64,000 bases of DNA. It comes from Mobula hypostoma. Its lineage: Eukaryota. The translations under genes and the position numbers were made by a program. Of this stretch, positions 49,313-64,000 are shown in pieces (position 1 is the first letter of the stretch; each line of letters opens with the position of its first letter). The stretch covers positions 198,340,001-198,404,000 of the forward strand of contig NC_086097.1 of NCBI RefSeq assembly GCF_963921235.1, in the 5' to 3' direction. The notes under the pieces are model-generated. The model was not told the DNA's origin. It made no database searches and was given only the letters and a program-made list of their open reading frames with translations.

Positions 49313-52300
49313 TAGATATACTAAATTAATGGGAATGAATATGGCAGATGTAATATAAAATAGAAAAATGGGGTAGAAAAAGTTGAAACTAAGATAATTT
49401 TACAATGCTGAGAGACTAAAAGCTATTGGTGCACAGAGAATTGGATATCCTGGTACAAGAATCAGAGACGGTTAACATTGCTGGTAAAGCAAACAATTTG
49501 GGATGCAAATGATATGTTGACATTCGTTGCAAGAGAATTTGAAGACTGTTGTGAAGAAATCTTCCTCCAATTATAAAGGGCCCTGCTGAGACTGTATTTC
49601 TTCACGCATAGGATATTGGATCTGCAGATGGTAGTGGAGACTTGGTCTCTGGCTATTTCATGACAGAGGTTGATCTGCTTTTGGATGTTAAAGGAATCAA
49701 AGAACAGGAAAGATTATGAATTTAAAAATCATTCTTGATATTATTAAATGGTGAAACTTTTGCTTCTACTTCTTCTGTTCTTACATTGTATTATTCCAGA
49801 ACAGGGTCCTCTTAGTGGGTCCAAATCTTGAACAGGGATAATTGGCAGGACACTCACAAAACAGAAGAGATTATGTTCATTCACTGCAGCCCAATGCTGC
49901 AACTGTTTGAGTAAGTTACACTGTCAGATTTTTAGTACCTAAGCTGCCATGATTTAATAATTACGAGACTTTAATGTGTCTCACATTTATGAGCTATACA
50001 GGCACAGGGTAAAAACTGGATGTTTATAAATGGATGCATTTATTTTTGTGGCCTTTGGGGAAATTCACTGCAGTCACGTTGGTGAATGGCAAGTGATGGC
50101 AGCTGTAGCAAACAAAGACAGAATGTTTACACTCCCGTCTGAGATACCGTTGCTTTGGAAGGAGAATTTTTATTTGTAATCAAATTCAGTGTCCTTGATT
50201 CTGTTTTGATAAACCTGGCAGCACCAGTAGTGGAGTGATGCCCAGATTGTAATTTATTTTTGGAGCAACCACCATTTCAGTAGAATCAGCAGCTGTACCC
50301 TAGAGCAATATTTCAATACTCATCCATCTGTTCTGCTCAAACCAGATTTTTTTACTCTTTTTTATCAATATTAGAATATGTAATTCTTGAATCGGCATCA
50401 TTAACCAAATTATTTCATTTTTAATCACTTCTGCATCTATTGGTATCTACTCAATAGAAAAACATCACATTTTAATTTCCTTGAAATGTGAACGTTACTG
50501 TAAAAAATCATGCATTTACACAGAAAATCCTTAGAACTGTCAAAACACCTTGAGAGCAAATAGTGGCAAACTCTTGAGTTAAGGTGCACTTGATGCAAAT
50601 TTTACTCAAGGGACCTTTACTCAAGTTATGATAGCATCCATATAATTTGCCTGCTAATAACTGTTGAAAGTGGAGAGCAATTATTCAGAATGGCGTCAAT
50701 AACCTTGAGTCCGTGCATCAGGAGCATGTGGAGCCTTGTCTATGTGACAGAAGGAATGCACCACCTCACAAATTACCCACCCATGTACCTGGTGACGCAT
50801 CCTCCTCTCCTTTGGTAGAAGATGTACAGTTCCCAAATTTACCTCATCAGCCACCTCAAAATCCGATTGGAATCGATTCTGAGGGATTGGCTAAGGAGAA
50901 GAAATAACTCATTCAGCTTCAGGAAGTTCTGCGGGGGTCACATACCTTACTTTGAAGGCCTGGGAATAGTATTGGAAATGAGGAACAACCTTACCCTTGC
51001 AGACTCCACATGAAAACCATGGGATTTCTTTGATATGCAATCACAGTTATTCAGGCTAGCACATCAATTTGCACAGAGCCCACTTCCCACATAAAAGGGC
51101 ATATAAGATTGATTAATTTACTTTTGTTTGATGTGATTTGATGGAAGAATATCAGTCAAGATGCAAGGAAACAATTCAGAACTTCAGCTTTCTTCAAAAA
51201 TCATATTTTGTACTTGTAGAATACCAACTGAGATCTCTGTGCATTTCAAGATCATTTTTTTCCTTTGTACCCAGAAAGATTAGTGAAACTACTTACTGGT
51301 ACCAATAGGCTAAGTAGGGAAAGAAAATCTTCAGAGTGAAAATAATTATTAGGAACACAAAAAGAACTGATGGGTCCAGCAGACTTGTTTCTTTTTATTT
51401 CAAGCTTAATTGCTCCCCACCCACCCATTTTTTCAATAACCTTCATTATTTTTCTTTTCAGAAATGTTGTCTCCTAAATCCATTTAAACACTGTACCACT
51501 GTGACTTTCCATGATGACTTATTCTAGAACTCAATTAACTTTGGGTGGAAAGACTTGTTTCTTAGTAATTTTCCTTAACTTGCATTTTTATTTCCAAGTT
51601 GAGTAAATCAAAATCTTCCATGCTTGAATGCATTCGTACCTTTCAACTTGGTTTGACTTGAATATTGCAAATTTCAATACAAAATCTTTACGAGCCTTCA
51701 TAAATGCAATAGTAAAAAACAATAAACTATTAATTAAATAACTTGCACTGATATGATAACATTAGCATCTTCCTATAATTCCTATAAAATTCAACTATGT
51801 TAGAGGAAGTAGAATCTGTTCTGACAGGAGGAAAACAGTATCAGAATTCCCTGAATTTTCAAAAAGTTAGTTGATAATGTCAATCAGGAGACTGCCAATA
51901 AAATGTGTCTATGTATTATTCAAATTCCTAAATACTTATGATTGCCAGACCTAAAAAATTGTTTGCTGGAAATGCAGTAGATAGGTGGATTGAAAATCTA
52001 TGGTCCATCTGTTTATGCATGAGTACCAGGATGAGGGTGCTGGCAACTTTCGGTGGTGGCCCTGTCCATAAGACCATAAGGCATACGGACGCAATTAGGC
52101 CACTTGGTGCATCAAATCTGCTCCACCATACCATCACAGCTGATCTAGTCCTTCTTCCATCAGGACCGTTGATGTCCTGACTAATCAATAACCGATCAAC
52201 CTCTACTTTAAATATACTCAATTAATTGGCCTCCACAGGAGACTGGGGCAATGAATTCCAAGGATTCACTTCCCTCTGGCTAAAGAAGTTCCTCTTTATC

Positions 52301-54518
52301 GCTGTACTAAATGACATCCCTTTATTCTAAGTTTGTGCTCTCTGGTCCTAGACTCATCCACTCTATCAAGGTCTTTCCATATTCAATAGGTTTCAATGGG
52401 ATACCCTCTCATTCTTCTAAACTCCAGTGAGTACAGGCCTATGGCTATCAAATGCTTCTCATATGTTGACCACTTCACTCCCAGAATGATTCTCGTGAAC
52501 CTCCTCTGGACTCCTTCCAATGCCAGAACACCTTTTCCTGACAGGCGCTCAAAAGTGCTCACAATACTCCAAGTACAGTCTGACCAATACAGCCTTAGCA
52601 TGACATCCTTGCTCTTATAATCTAGTTTTCTCAAAATGAATGCTAACATTACATTTGCTTTCCTCACCACCAACTCAACCTGCAAGTTAACTTTTAGGGA
52701 ATCCTGTATGAGTTTCTCAACTCCCAATGCACTTTTGATTTTTGAACTTTCTCCCTGCTTAGAAAATAGTATATGCCTTTACTCCTTTACAAGACCAAAA
52801 ACTTCCCTCCACTATACTCCATCTGCCACTTCTTTGCCCATTCTCCCAATCTGTCTAAGTCCTTCTGCAGACTCACGGCTTCCACAAAACTACCTGCCCA
52901 TTCTTCTATCTTTGTGTTGTCCAAAACTTTGGCCACAAAGCCAACAATTTCATCATCTAAATCATTGAAAAGAAGTGGTCCAAATTCCAAACCCAGCTGA
53001 GCTCCACTATTCACTAGCAGTCAACCAGAATAAGCCCCCTTTATTCCCAGTCTTGGTCTCCTGCTACTAATCTATCTATGCTAGTATCTTTCCTGTAATA
53101 CCAAGGGCTCGTTTCTTGTTAAGTGTGGTACCTTATCAAAGGCCTTCTGAAAATCCAAGTAAACAATATCCACTGGCTCTCCTTTGTCTATGCTGCCTGT
53201 TATTTCCTCAAAGAATTCTAGCAGATTTGGCAGGCAAGGTTTCTCTTTGACCTATTTTATCATGTGTCTTTAAGTTCCCCAAGACCTCAAGCTCAAAAAA
53301 TGAATCCAGCATTTTTCCAACCACTGAAGCAAGCCTAACTGGCCTATGATTTCCTTTCTCCTGCCTTCCTCCCTTTTTAAAGAAGTGATGGAGTGACGTT
53401 TGCAATTTTTTGGTCCTTCAGAACCATTCCAAAATCTAGTGATTCTTGAAAGATCATTACTAATGCTTCCACAATCTTTTCAGCTATCTCCTTCAGAAGC
53501 CTAGGGTTTAGTTCATCTGGTCCAGGTGATATATCTCCCTTTAGATCTTTTAGCTTCCCAGGTATATTTCCATTAGTAACAGCCATTACAGCACACACAT
53601 TTCTGCCCCCTGACACCCTTGAATTTCAAGCATATGATTAGTGTCCTCCACAGTGAAGACTGATACAAAATACTTATTCAGTTCATCCCCCATTACTACC
53701 TCTCCAATGTCATTTTCTAGCAGACTGATACCCACTCTTGCCTTTCTTTTACTCTTTGTACAGCATATCTGAATTTTTTTAGTATACTCTTTTATTTTAT
53801 TGGCTATATTTCCTTCATATTTCAACTTTTCTCTTTTTATGGCTTTTTTTATTTGCCTTCTGTTGCTTTTTAAAAGCCTCCTAATTCTCTGGCTTCCTAC
53901 TAATTTTTCAGTATTGTATGGTCTCTTTTTCCCTTTTATGCTATCTTTGAATTCCCTTGTCAGCCACAGTTGCTTCATCCTCTCTTTAGAATACTTCTTC
54001 ATCTTTGGGATGTATCTATCGTGTGTTTTCGAAAAGCACCCCCCCCCCCCAGAAACTCCAACCATTGCTGCTCTGCCGTCACTCCTGCTGATGCCCCCAT
54101 CTAATCAGCTTTGGCCAGCTCCTCTTTCATGCCTCTGTCATTACCTTTATTCTACTGTAATACTGATACATCTGACTTTTTTTCCTCCCTCTCAAACTAC
54201 AGGGTGAATTGTATCATATTATGATCACTGCCTCCCAAGAGTTCCCTTACCTTAAGGTCCCTAATCAAATCTGGTTGATTTTACTACACCTAGTTCAGAG
54301 TTGCCTTTGCTGTAGCGCACTCAAAATCAAGCTGTGCTAAAAAGCCATCTTGTAGGCATTCTCAGATTCCCTCTCTAGGATTCCAACACCATCTTGCTTT
54401 TTCCTATCTACCTCAATAATGAAATCCTCCAGAACATTCACATCTGAGAATTGCCTTTTCTATCTCCCATTGTAATTTGTATCTCACATCCTGGTTACTG
54501 TTCTGAGGCCTGTATATA

Positions 54519-56146
<1,628 letters not shown>

Positions 56147-59100
56147 TATGTAATTCCCATCAGGCTCTTTTTACCTTTGCAATTTATTGACTCTATCCTA
56201 AGGATTCCATATCTTCTGGTCCTATGTCAGCTATTTCTAAGGATTCAATTTTTTCTTTTTGATCAAAATGTCAAAATCTACCAGGTAGTCACTTAGGCTA
56301 AAAAATTTTGGACCATAAATTTAATGGAGCATACCTTCAACAATAACCATCTAGGTCTGATCTTCACGTAGTCCCTACATCGATAATTTGCTTGCGCATT
56401 CTGGAATTAAAGATCTTGATGATTGAAGTCACCTCAACTGCCTTTTAATTGATGTTGCTGAACATGCTCAGAGTTGGTATATGTTGCACCATTGCAAATT
56501 CTGTTGAAACTGGCAATGATGAACAGCATTTGATATACCAAGATTTCTTAATTTCTGATCCATCTGTTGTACCTTTGTTGTGTTAACACTGGGGGTATAT
56601 TTGAAGAGCTCAGAGTATAGGGGCTCAAACACTGAGCAGAATTGAAAGTAGGCATGCAGTTAAACTTCTCTGCCCCTAACACCTGCCAGTTTAGATCACC
56701 TCAGCAACCAATCTTGTATGAACACAGAGAAAGCCACTTTATGAGTAAGTGTTCTTTGATTTTTCAGATGAAATACATGACTGTACACTGTATTGTTAAA
56801 TTGAAGCTTTTAAATCAGAAAGGTTGGGTGAAATGTAATTTGGGTATTTGGGCACAATGTATTATGGCATGCTATTTGATACATTGAAAAATTGATTCAT
56901 ATATCAATGATAGATATCTAATGAGTTGAAGGCATTCCACTGAAAATTCAGTAAAAGAACATTAATACTTTAAAAAATGCTTGTAATAAAGTTAACTATC
57001 AATTATTTGACATTGCTATTTATTTTAATTACCTTGGAATACAGTAACTTTTGTCCAATGTGTTAGAGGAATCTTATGTATTTGTTTGAGAATTCTCAAA
57101 GAAGAATGTTGTAAATATAATTTTATCCAGCACTTTGTGAATATTCGTTTAAATTAAAGGGATTACAAATCTCTCAATAATTAACACAAATTTAAAGATG
57201 AAGCCAATTGTACCAGAGAAAAGTTTCTAACTACTGTATTGTGAACTGATAGTATGGAAGTGTTTATACTTATTTTTTAGAAAAATTATGTTTGATTTCA
57301 TTAATTCCACTGATGTTTATAATCATCTCTGGTTTTCAGCCTTAAATGCAGTTGAATGCAGGAAACAACACTCAGTATGAGTTGTAGCAACTCTAAAGAT
57401 GTTGTATAATTTTTGAGCAACTTCTAGAGAGTTCTGAAGGTGCCCATTCAGATATTCAAGGCTATCAATATCTCTTTATATCAAGGCTGGAAAGTATTGC
57501 AATGTACTCCAAGTTGTAGAGTGATTGATCACTGAAAGTGATCATTTGCATCCAAAGATCTTAATTTATGTTGTTAAGTTCAGGAACGTACAATAATGCA
57601 TTAATTGCTGTGTAGCATCAGGAAAACTTTTGTACTTGGGTATATAGTGCACTTGGGTATATAGTTAATTTTGTGGTGTGTGTAAATTTCTAATATAGGT
57701 TTGTATTATTTGATTACAACTGTGGTTAATGGCTTTTATACACTACTTACATGTGCAAACCATCTGCAAAATTATTTCATTTCTAGGTATACATTTTCTG
57801 TCACAATCATTCTGGAAGCAGACATACCTGTTAAAAAAAGAATTAGTCACTGTGAGGAATAAAGTACATGTTAAGGGCAAGGAACAGGAGAAAAGGATTA
57901 GGCAGGCACTGGGTGCAAAATAAACTTCAATGCAGATGGTAAGGCAAATTACCTATTTCTCTGCAGCAACATCTAATGATTCATCTCTTTCATTATCTAT
58001 GTTTTTCAAGGTGACTTTTTATTTTGGTTATGTGAGTGTCATGCAGGGTTTTCCGGGGATTAGTGCCCTTCTTGCCTTTGAACTGGGGATTCTCTGCGGT
58101 TTACGAAGAGTATCATTGACACAGTGATTAGTCAATAGATCTTCCAAAATATTTCATTTCTGTTATAAGAAAAGAGCAGAGGTAGACAAAAAAACACAGC
58201 TATCACCGTGTACTTTCTTCAGAGAAATACAGCTCACTTAATTGTCTCTCATATCTCAGGTAGAGCTCACTATGCTGTTTCAATGGGTAACAGCCTGTCT
58301 GTCAGGATTTTCGTGTGACTGGGATCTCTGCCTGAGCTACACTTCACTTTTAAATTACATGTCATTTGAGTTGAGTAAAAAAAATGTTATGCATCAAGAA
58401 AGCGGATTGCAGCCCAGTTTCTCTGCATGCTGGGAAAGTAAGAACATATGTCATATTCAGAAGCAATTGTGGCTAATTGTTTCATGTCTTGGATTTTTTG
58501 CAAATACCTTCTCTGGACATTCGTTTCTGAAACATTGCCCAAAGCATTATTCCTGTTGCTTGCCTCCTGAGTTTTATTACAGGTGGACTTACACATCAAA
58601 CTGTGATGAATATCCAATGTCTGAGCCAGGGAGGCTTTCTGTTTTTCCTGAACTCAGCTTCTAAACCAGCAGATGATACTTCAAAAGATCAAAGCGTTGT
58701 TTTTTAGTAAGTTAAACTTCCAGCCAATGTTCTTTGTTTAGCTTCTTGTCATAAACAGAATCTAGTCTTAATGTAAATTTCAAATAGTAATCAGTCTAAA
58801 GTTAAAAGGGCAGCTTTGCAAACAAGCACTGTCGATAGAGCCACATCCTTGGTTGATCACAACATCTGGGTTTATTGCTCAAGAACTTCAGTGTAAAACA
58901 ATGAGTTATTTCATTGGGCTTGTTTCAAACTAGACAATGATGGCTAAGTTGTTTAGTTCAAGGAAGCTTGCAGACCAGATTGATATTATCACTTAGCATA
59001 TCAAATAGTTGATCTGTTAATAGTTGGGAGGGTAGTATACTTGAGGAGTCAGTTTCACAACATTAATTATGGATACCTAGAATCTCTCCAGAAGCTTTTA

Positions 59101-61716
59101 GACCACTTGTTAAAAAGTCATCTGAAAAAATATCACATATGTGTGAAGTCAATCAAATGGCAGAGAAGCAGCATAAATGAAGAGAGCAGTCCAGGTTTTA
59201 GGAATGGGATAAATAACATCAAGAAGAATAACAGAAAACCAGGGTGAACTAGAATCCAATCCTCTGCCTTCAATTCCTGTGATGGACATTTGGTTCATCT
59301 GCTGTTCATGGGTATGTCTTTTTAGCTTATGTGCCTGTGTTTTGGAAGTCCTTTGTGCTTAGAAATTGTTTGTAATTTGGAAGTCTTTGTAAGATAGAAA
59401 TCCTTTGTGAGTTTTAAACGTGTTTTAAGAATGTTGTTTAAATTTAAATATGTATTGCTAAAAATAAATGAGTTATATTTAAACTGCTTTGTTACCTGTA
59501 AGAATCTCCTCCTTGGTTGGGAGGGGAGACCAACTGCACAAATAGTGGATATTGGTTGCTAAACTCACCATGACGAATAAACATAGAAGTGAACTAGTCT
59601 TTGAAGATTGGGTAGTTACAATATAATCTCTGTTTAGTGAGGGCACCCATAGCATCTATATCCAATAGGGCTTAAAGTCTTTCATTTGAGATTTCAACTT
59701 TGCAGTCCGCAAACCCAATACCATAACAAAAAGTAAAATTCTTCTGAGTCTGTAAGATCAACTGGATCCCAATAATTTAAACAAGTTTGATTGATAAGCA
59801 AAACTTGCAGTTAAATGAATAAACTATATTCCATTGAGAATTACTCACACAAAATTGTTTCAAAAGCAGTTTATATTAAGTGCAAAAAAATGCCTTAATT
59901 ATACAATTGCCAAAGTGAATTAACCAATGAGCCAGTGGAATTTATAAAATGACTTCAGATTTACTGGTCATTCCATTCATCAACAAGGGCACCTTTACAA
60001 CATTATTGCTTAGAGCAACTTGCTGTGGCAACAGCAAATGTTTGTGTTTTGATTCTGAGTCTTCTGTGCTGAACAATGCTCTGAAACGCATGGACAACAC
60101 ATTTTTACATCTTGTGCGAAGCTGTACTATGCAGAGGAGGCCTACAACAATATGCAAGAGTTGTTTACTAAAGCGTGCATTTACAAGATGCTGGAGTCCT
60201 TTGTTTAAAAGTGACTCACCTTTCGTTGAGTATTGCTGATCCAGATTGATTTTCTCGTGTTTTCATTAATGATTTTACCCACTTGACTCCTACTGTCAGT
60301 GTTTTTGGAAGCTCACGATGATCTTCCCAATCCCCTTTCCAATTAGACTGCTATTGAGACATTGTTAACCCTGGCATGCAGGTGAGTGATGAGAACGAGG
60401 GGAAAAATGAAGTTGGATTAGATGTGTGCAAATTCTGGTTGATAGGCAGTCTGGACTTGGTGGGCTGAAAGGCACAGTTTTGTAATGTCTTCTTTGTTTT
60501 AAATGATAGTGTCCTTTCATCCACCCTGATGCTATCTACATGACAGCTGCTCTGTAACTCGCTGCCCCTCTGACCTTTTTACTGGCATCCAACTACTAAT
60601 GACAGACTACCCTGCTCACACTGACGTGCTGCATTTTGCATTTGAGCCCACAGACATCACAAATGCTTAAGGTCACCTATCATATCACTGAAATGTCCTC
60701 AATGATAACTGAAGAGCCTTTCACCTTAGCAGGGTGGCAACTGAAGATCCACTCTGTGGGTATTCAGAAATAAAACAGGTGCCCAGAGGGTTTGCACAGG
60801 GTGATCTATAATTATTTCTGTTCTATTCCTCCCTTCCACTCAACAGATCCATTCCTGCTGTCATCCTTCCTGTTCCTTCATTTTGCCCAGCCCTAATGAC
60901 AACCTGACAAGAACCACACTTGAGTACAATTAAACTGTGTTTGAAAGCAGGTGGCAGACAAGTCTTCTCACTGTCCAAAGTCCCCAGAATGAGAAAATAT
61001 TTCAAGCCCAACCAGAAGATAGCCTTTAGCCTGAAGTGCCTACCCCACAATTAACCTGTATGTCCTCTATACACTTCCTGCGAGCTAATGTGACACGTTG
61101 CTGGATAATGTTACATAATGCATTGTGATTCAGACACCATGGCATATTAGTATCCTCGAACAGATGTTAGAGCCTATTTCCAAATTTGCTCTTCATATTA
61201 ACTTGAGGAGAATACAAAGAAATCCACAAAGCTGCACAGTCCAACTGATCTATGCTGTTGTTTGTGCTCCATTCAAACCTTGTCTCAGCTTTCATCATGT
61301 GAAGTTATCAGATTTATTCTTTGTTTCCTTATCTTTAACATGCTTGTTTAGATTCCCCCATTATTGCAAAGTCATGTATTTTGACATATACTTATAGAAG
61401 CCTGATCTAGTTGACAATTTGACATCTGGTTCAAATTGAGCAAATGCTTCTTGCCTGCCACATATCATAGAATCATACAGCACAGGAAAATGCCCTTTGG
61501 ACTGCTAACTATGAAATATCAATCTATACTAATCCCATTTTTAACACCTGATTCCATCACTTGCTATGCATTCAAATGTTCATCTAGGTAGTTTTTATGT
61601 TTTGCGAGTATCTGCTTCCACCTCCCCTCAGGCAATGCATTCCAGATTCCAGCTACCTTCTGGGTAGAATAATCGTTTTTGGATCCCCTCTGAGCCTTGT
61701 AGCCCTTACTTTAAAA

Positions 61717-62055
61717 CAGTGTTTCCCAACCTCCTTTAGCCCAATGCCCTGCTAAAGCACTTTCATACTTTCCAATGCCCCCCAAAGCACCTTCATACTT
61801 GCCAACACCTCTCTTAGGCACAATATGCATTCTGGCACCTCCATAGTGTAAAAACATGTCTACCATATGCTAACATGAGAAAAACGATTCCGCTTTAAAT
61901 GTTTATTTGTCTTTAAGCCTAGCTTACACAGTACCTGTGCACTGTACAGCAGCTTCAATATCAATGTGATCCTTCAGCTTGGTAGTTTTTAGCAAGAGTT
62001 GAAATATCTGGTTCAAGTGGTAGCATCAAAAGCCTTAAGTCCCGATGCATACATG
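61717..62055 (-). mobile_element. hAT (Charlie/Buster-type) 3'-end remnant
   Basis: TIR CAGTGTTTCCCAAC at 61717; subterminal repeats at 61743-61810; minus-strand transposase C-terminus DLRLLMLPLEPDISTLAKNYQAEGSH* (stop at 61961-61963). Confidence 0.75.
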
Positions 62056-62059
62056 GGAT

Positions 62060-62365
62060 TTGTTGTTTTGCGAAAGCAGTTTAGTGCAAAGACATAAAAA
62101 TCTATAAATCACAATAATAAATAAATAGTGTAGAAAAAGGATGAATGAGATAATGCTCATGGATTCATGGAGTGTTCAGACATCTGATGGTAGAGGGGAA
62201 GAAGCTGTTCCTAAATCTTTGAATGCACGTCTTCAGGCTCCTTTACCTTCTCCCTGATGGTAATAATGAGAAGAAGCCATGTCCTGCATGTTAGGGGCCT
62301 CAGTGATGGATGCTGCCTTCCTGAGGCACCATCCCTTGAAGATGCCTATGATGGTGAGGAGACTT
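62060..62365 (-). mobile_element. Old Rex1-type 3' fragment
   Basis: ctgatggtagaggggaagaagctgttcct...tcaggctcct is the reverse complement of a Rex1-type C-terminus (NSFFP). Confidence 0.65.
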
Positions 62366-64000
62366 CTCTGCTATGTGTAATAGTTAGTATTTGCCCTATA
62401 AATGCTCCTCAAAATTTTTATTCATCAGTCAGAGTCCCTTTCAGTTTCCTCCAGTCCAAGGAAAATAAAACCAACTCATTTTGAAAACAAATTCTTGGCT
62501 GCAGAATTTCTTGTTTACTCCCCTCACTATCAATAGTTTTCCTGATCAGGCTTCATGGCAGACCAGCATCCTCCAACAAGTGTTAGACCCTTATTTCCAA
62601 ATTTGCTCTTTACATAAACCTGGACATTTCCTCCTGCCCTCTTGTGCAGTTACCTTATCAGTCATGATCTCGGCTTTTTGCTGGATTCTACAGAGATGTA
62701 TTCATCATCTTTTTCCAACACAGAGAAATGATTTAGGAGTGAGATTCACTCTGGGGTTCCCTTCACTACCTGCCTGTCTCCCTTTTTTTCTTAGTGATCA
62801 TTCATTTCTTTAAACTGAAGAGAGATCATCTCTAAAATTATGCCATTCATATAATCCTCAGCCTTGCAGGTACACCGTGGTGTCCTCCAGATGGCACATA
62901 AGCTCTGAAATCCGGTGTTCAAGTTCATCAAACCTTGTCTCCAGACCACAATGACCATCTTGGAGTTCACTTCTGTTATAAGCCATCCAACGCATGGGAC
63001 TGAACACCCATTATATACTTCTAATTTAGAAAAGGCACCTTAAAATGTAAACTTCCATGTATTGGAATTGTAAGGAAGTGAAAATGTTTAGTAATCACCT
63101 ACTTCTGTGGTACCAATTGCAGACTGCCCAACCCAAAACAAAGGTTGAGAAACTCCCAGAGACCTTTTATGAAGCCCTTTCATTTATCAACTCCGCATTC
63201 TAATACTGCGGCTTTCCAAAGAGAGCTGTTTCGTGAACTGCCTCCCATCCTTGCTATCATATTTATGGGTCGTTTTATCCAATTGATGAGTGCTTACACA
63301 GGCACATTTGTTATAGGTAAACTATACAGTGATACATAAAACTTCACACTGACATCTTGACAACAAAATCAGAACAACAGCCTCAGGTTAATGTCCTATT
63401 ACTCCAGGTGGGTTTGTACTGTTTGACCCAATATTCTCAGGTTTGGTTGTTATTATTTACGAGGCTGAAAGCAATTTAAAATTCAAATGTGAAGGATAAA
63501 TGGCACAATTAAATGAACAACTGCACTTCTAAATGCAATGACAAATACTGCCAAAAGGAAGCAGTGTACATGAAAAGAATGAAAACCTAATTTACATGAG
63601 AAAATAAAATGAAGTGAATATATCAGGTCTTTTCAATTCATGAGAATAACCCACGTGAGGTGGCTCTTCATGGACTACTTATTTTAGTATTGCTTTTCTT
63701 CCTTGTTTTATGATTTATTCATCAAGACCAAATTGAATAATGCCTGAATGTCTGGCTGCATTATTTGATAGCAAAGCTTGCATTTGAGAAATTGTGATAC
63801 TTATGCTAATTTTTGCAACACAAACCATTCATCAACACAGGACAAGCAGAAATTCAAATGTACTCTGGGTAAATTGTCATTACGGTCAGAATATGATGAA
63901 GAGAATATATTTTTTTCTAGGCAGCCTTAAGTTTTTAAGTTGGAACTATGAGGAAGAAATTAATATGTAATGAATTATTTTGGTTTCCTTCACACACACA

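Noticed and set aside
57633..57665. 15-bp direct repeat ACTTGGGTATATAGT
   Set aside because: A simple local duplication with no further structure.
59942..60239. Overlapping 96-aa and 71-aa ORFs as host genes
   Set aside because: No recognisable domains, and the lengths are expected by chance.

Overview
Vertebrate genomic DNA, most likely from a cartilaginous fish and probably a ray; this is inferred only from the repeat families. No host protein-coding gene can be supported. Most of positions 1-56,200 is a mosaic of mostly decayed and often nested transposons: CR1 LINEs, Rex1/Babar LINEs, Penelope-like elements with terminal hammerhead motifs, a HERO-type RLE retrotransposon, a Nimb/I-type LINE inside a solo LTR, V-SINEs, Gypsy relics, hAT elements and a Sleeping Beauty-like Tc1. 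The last ~8 kb is AT-rich and largely repeat-poor. Highlights: (1) a complete ~560-bp non-autonomous RTE-derived retroposon (39981-40539, minus strand) whose 5' end folds into an HDV-like ribozyme with an extra hairpin in loop L3, with the predicted cleavage site at the element boundary; (2) a Sleeping Beauty-like Tc1 with two right ends forming 434-bp inverted arms; (3) a Nimb-like LINE whose ORF2 is replaced by a coiled-coil-coding segment; (4) multi-level nesting resolved by target-site duplications (TSDs). Family names come from motif recognition, not database searches, and boundaries of old elements are approximate.
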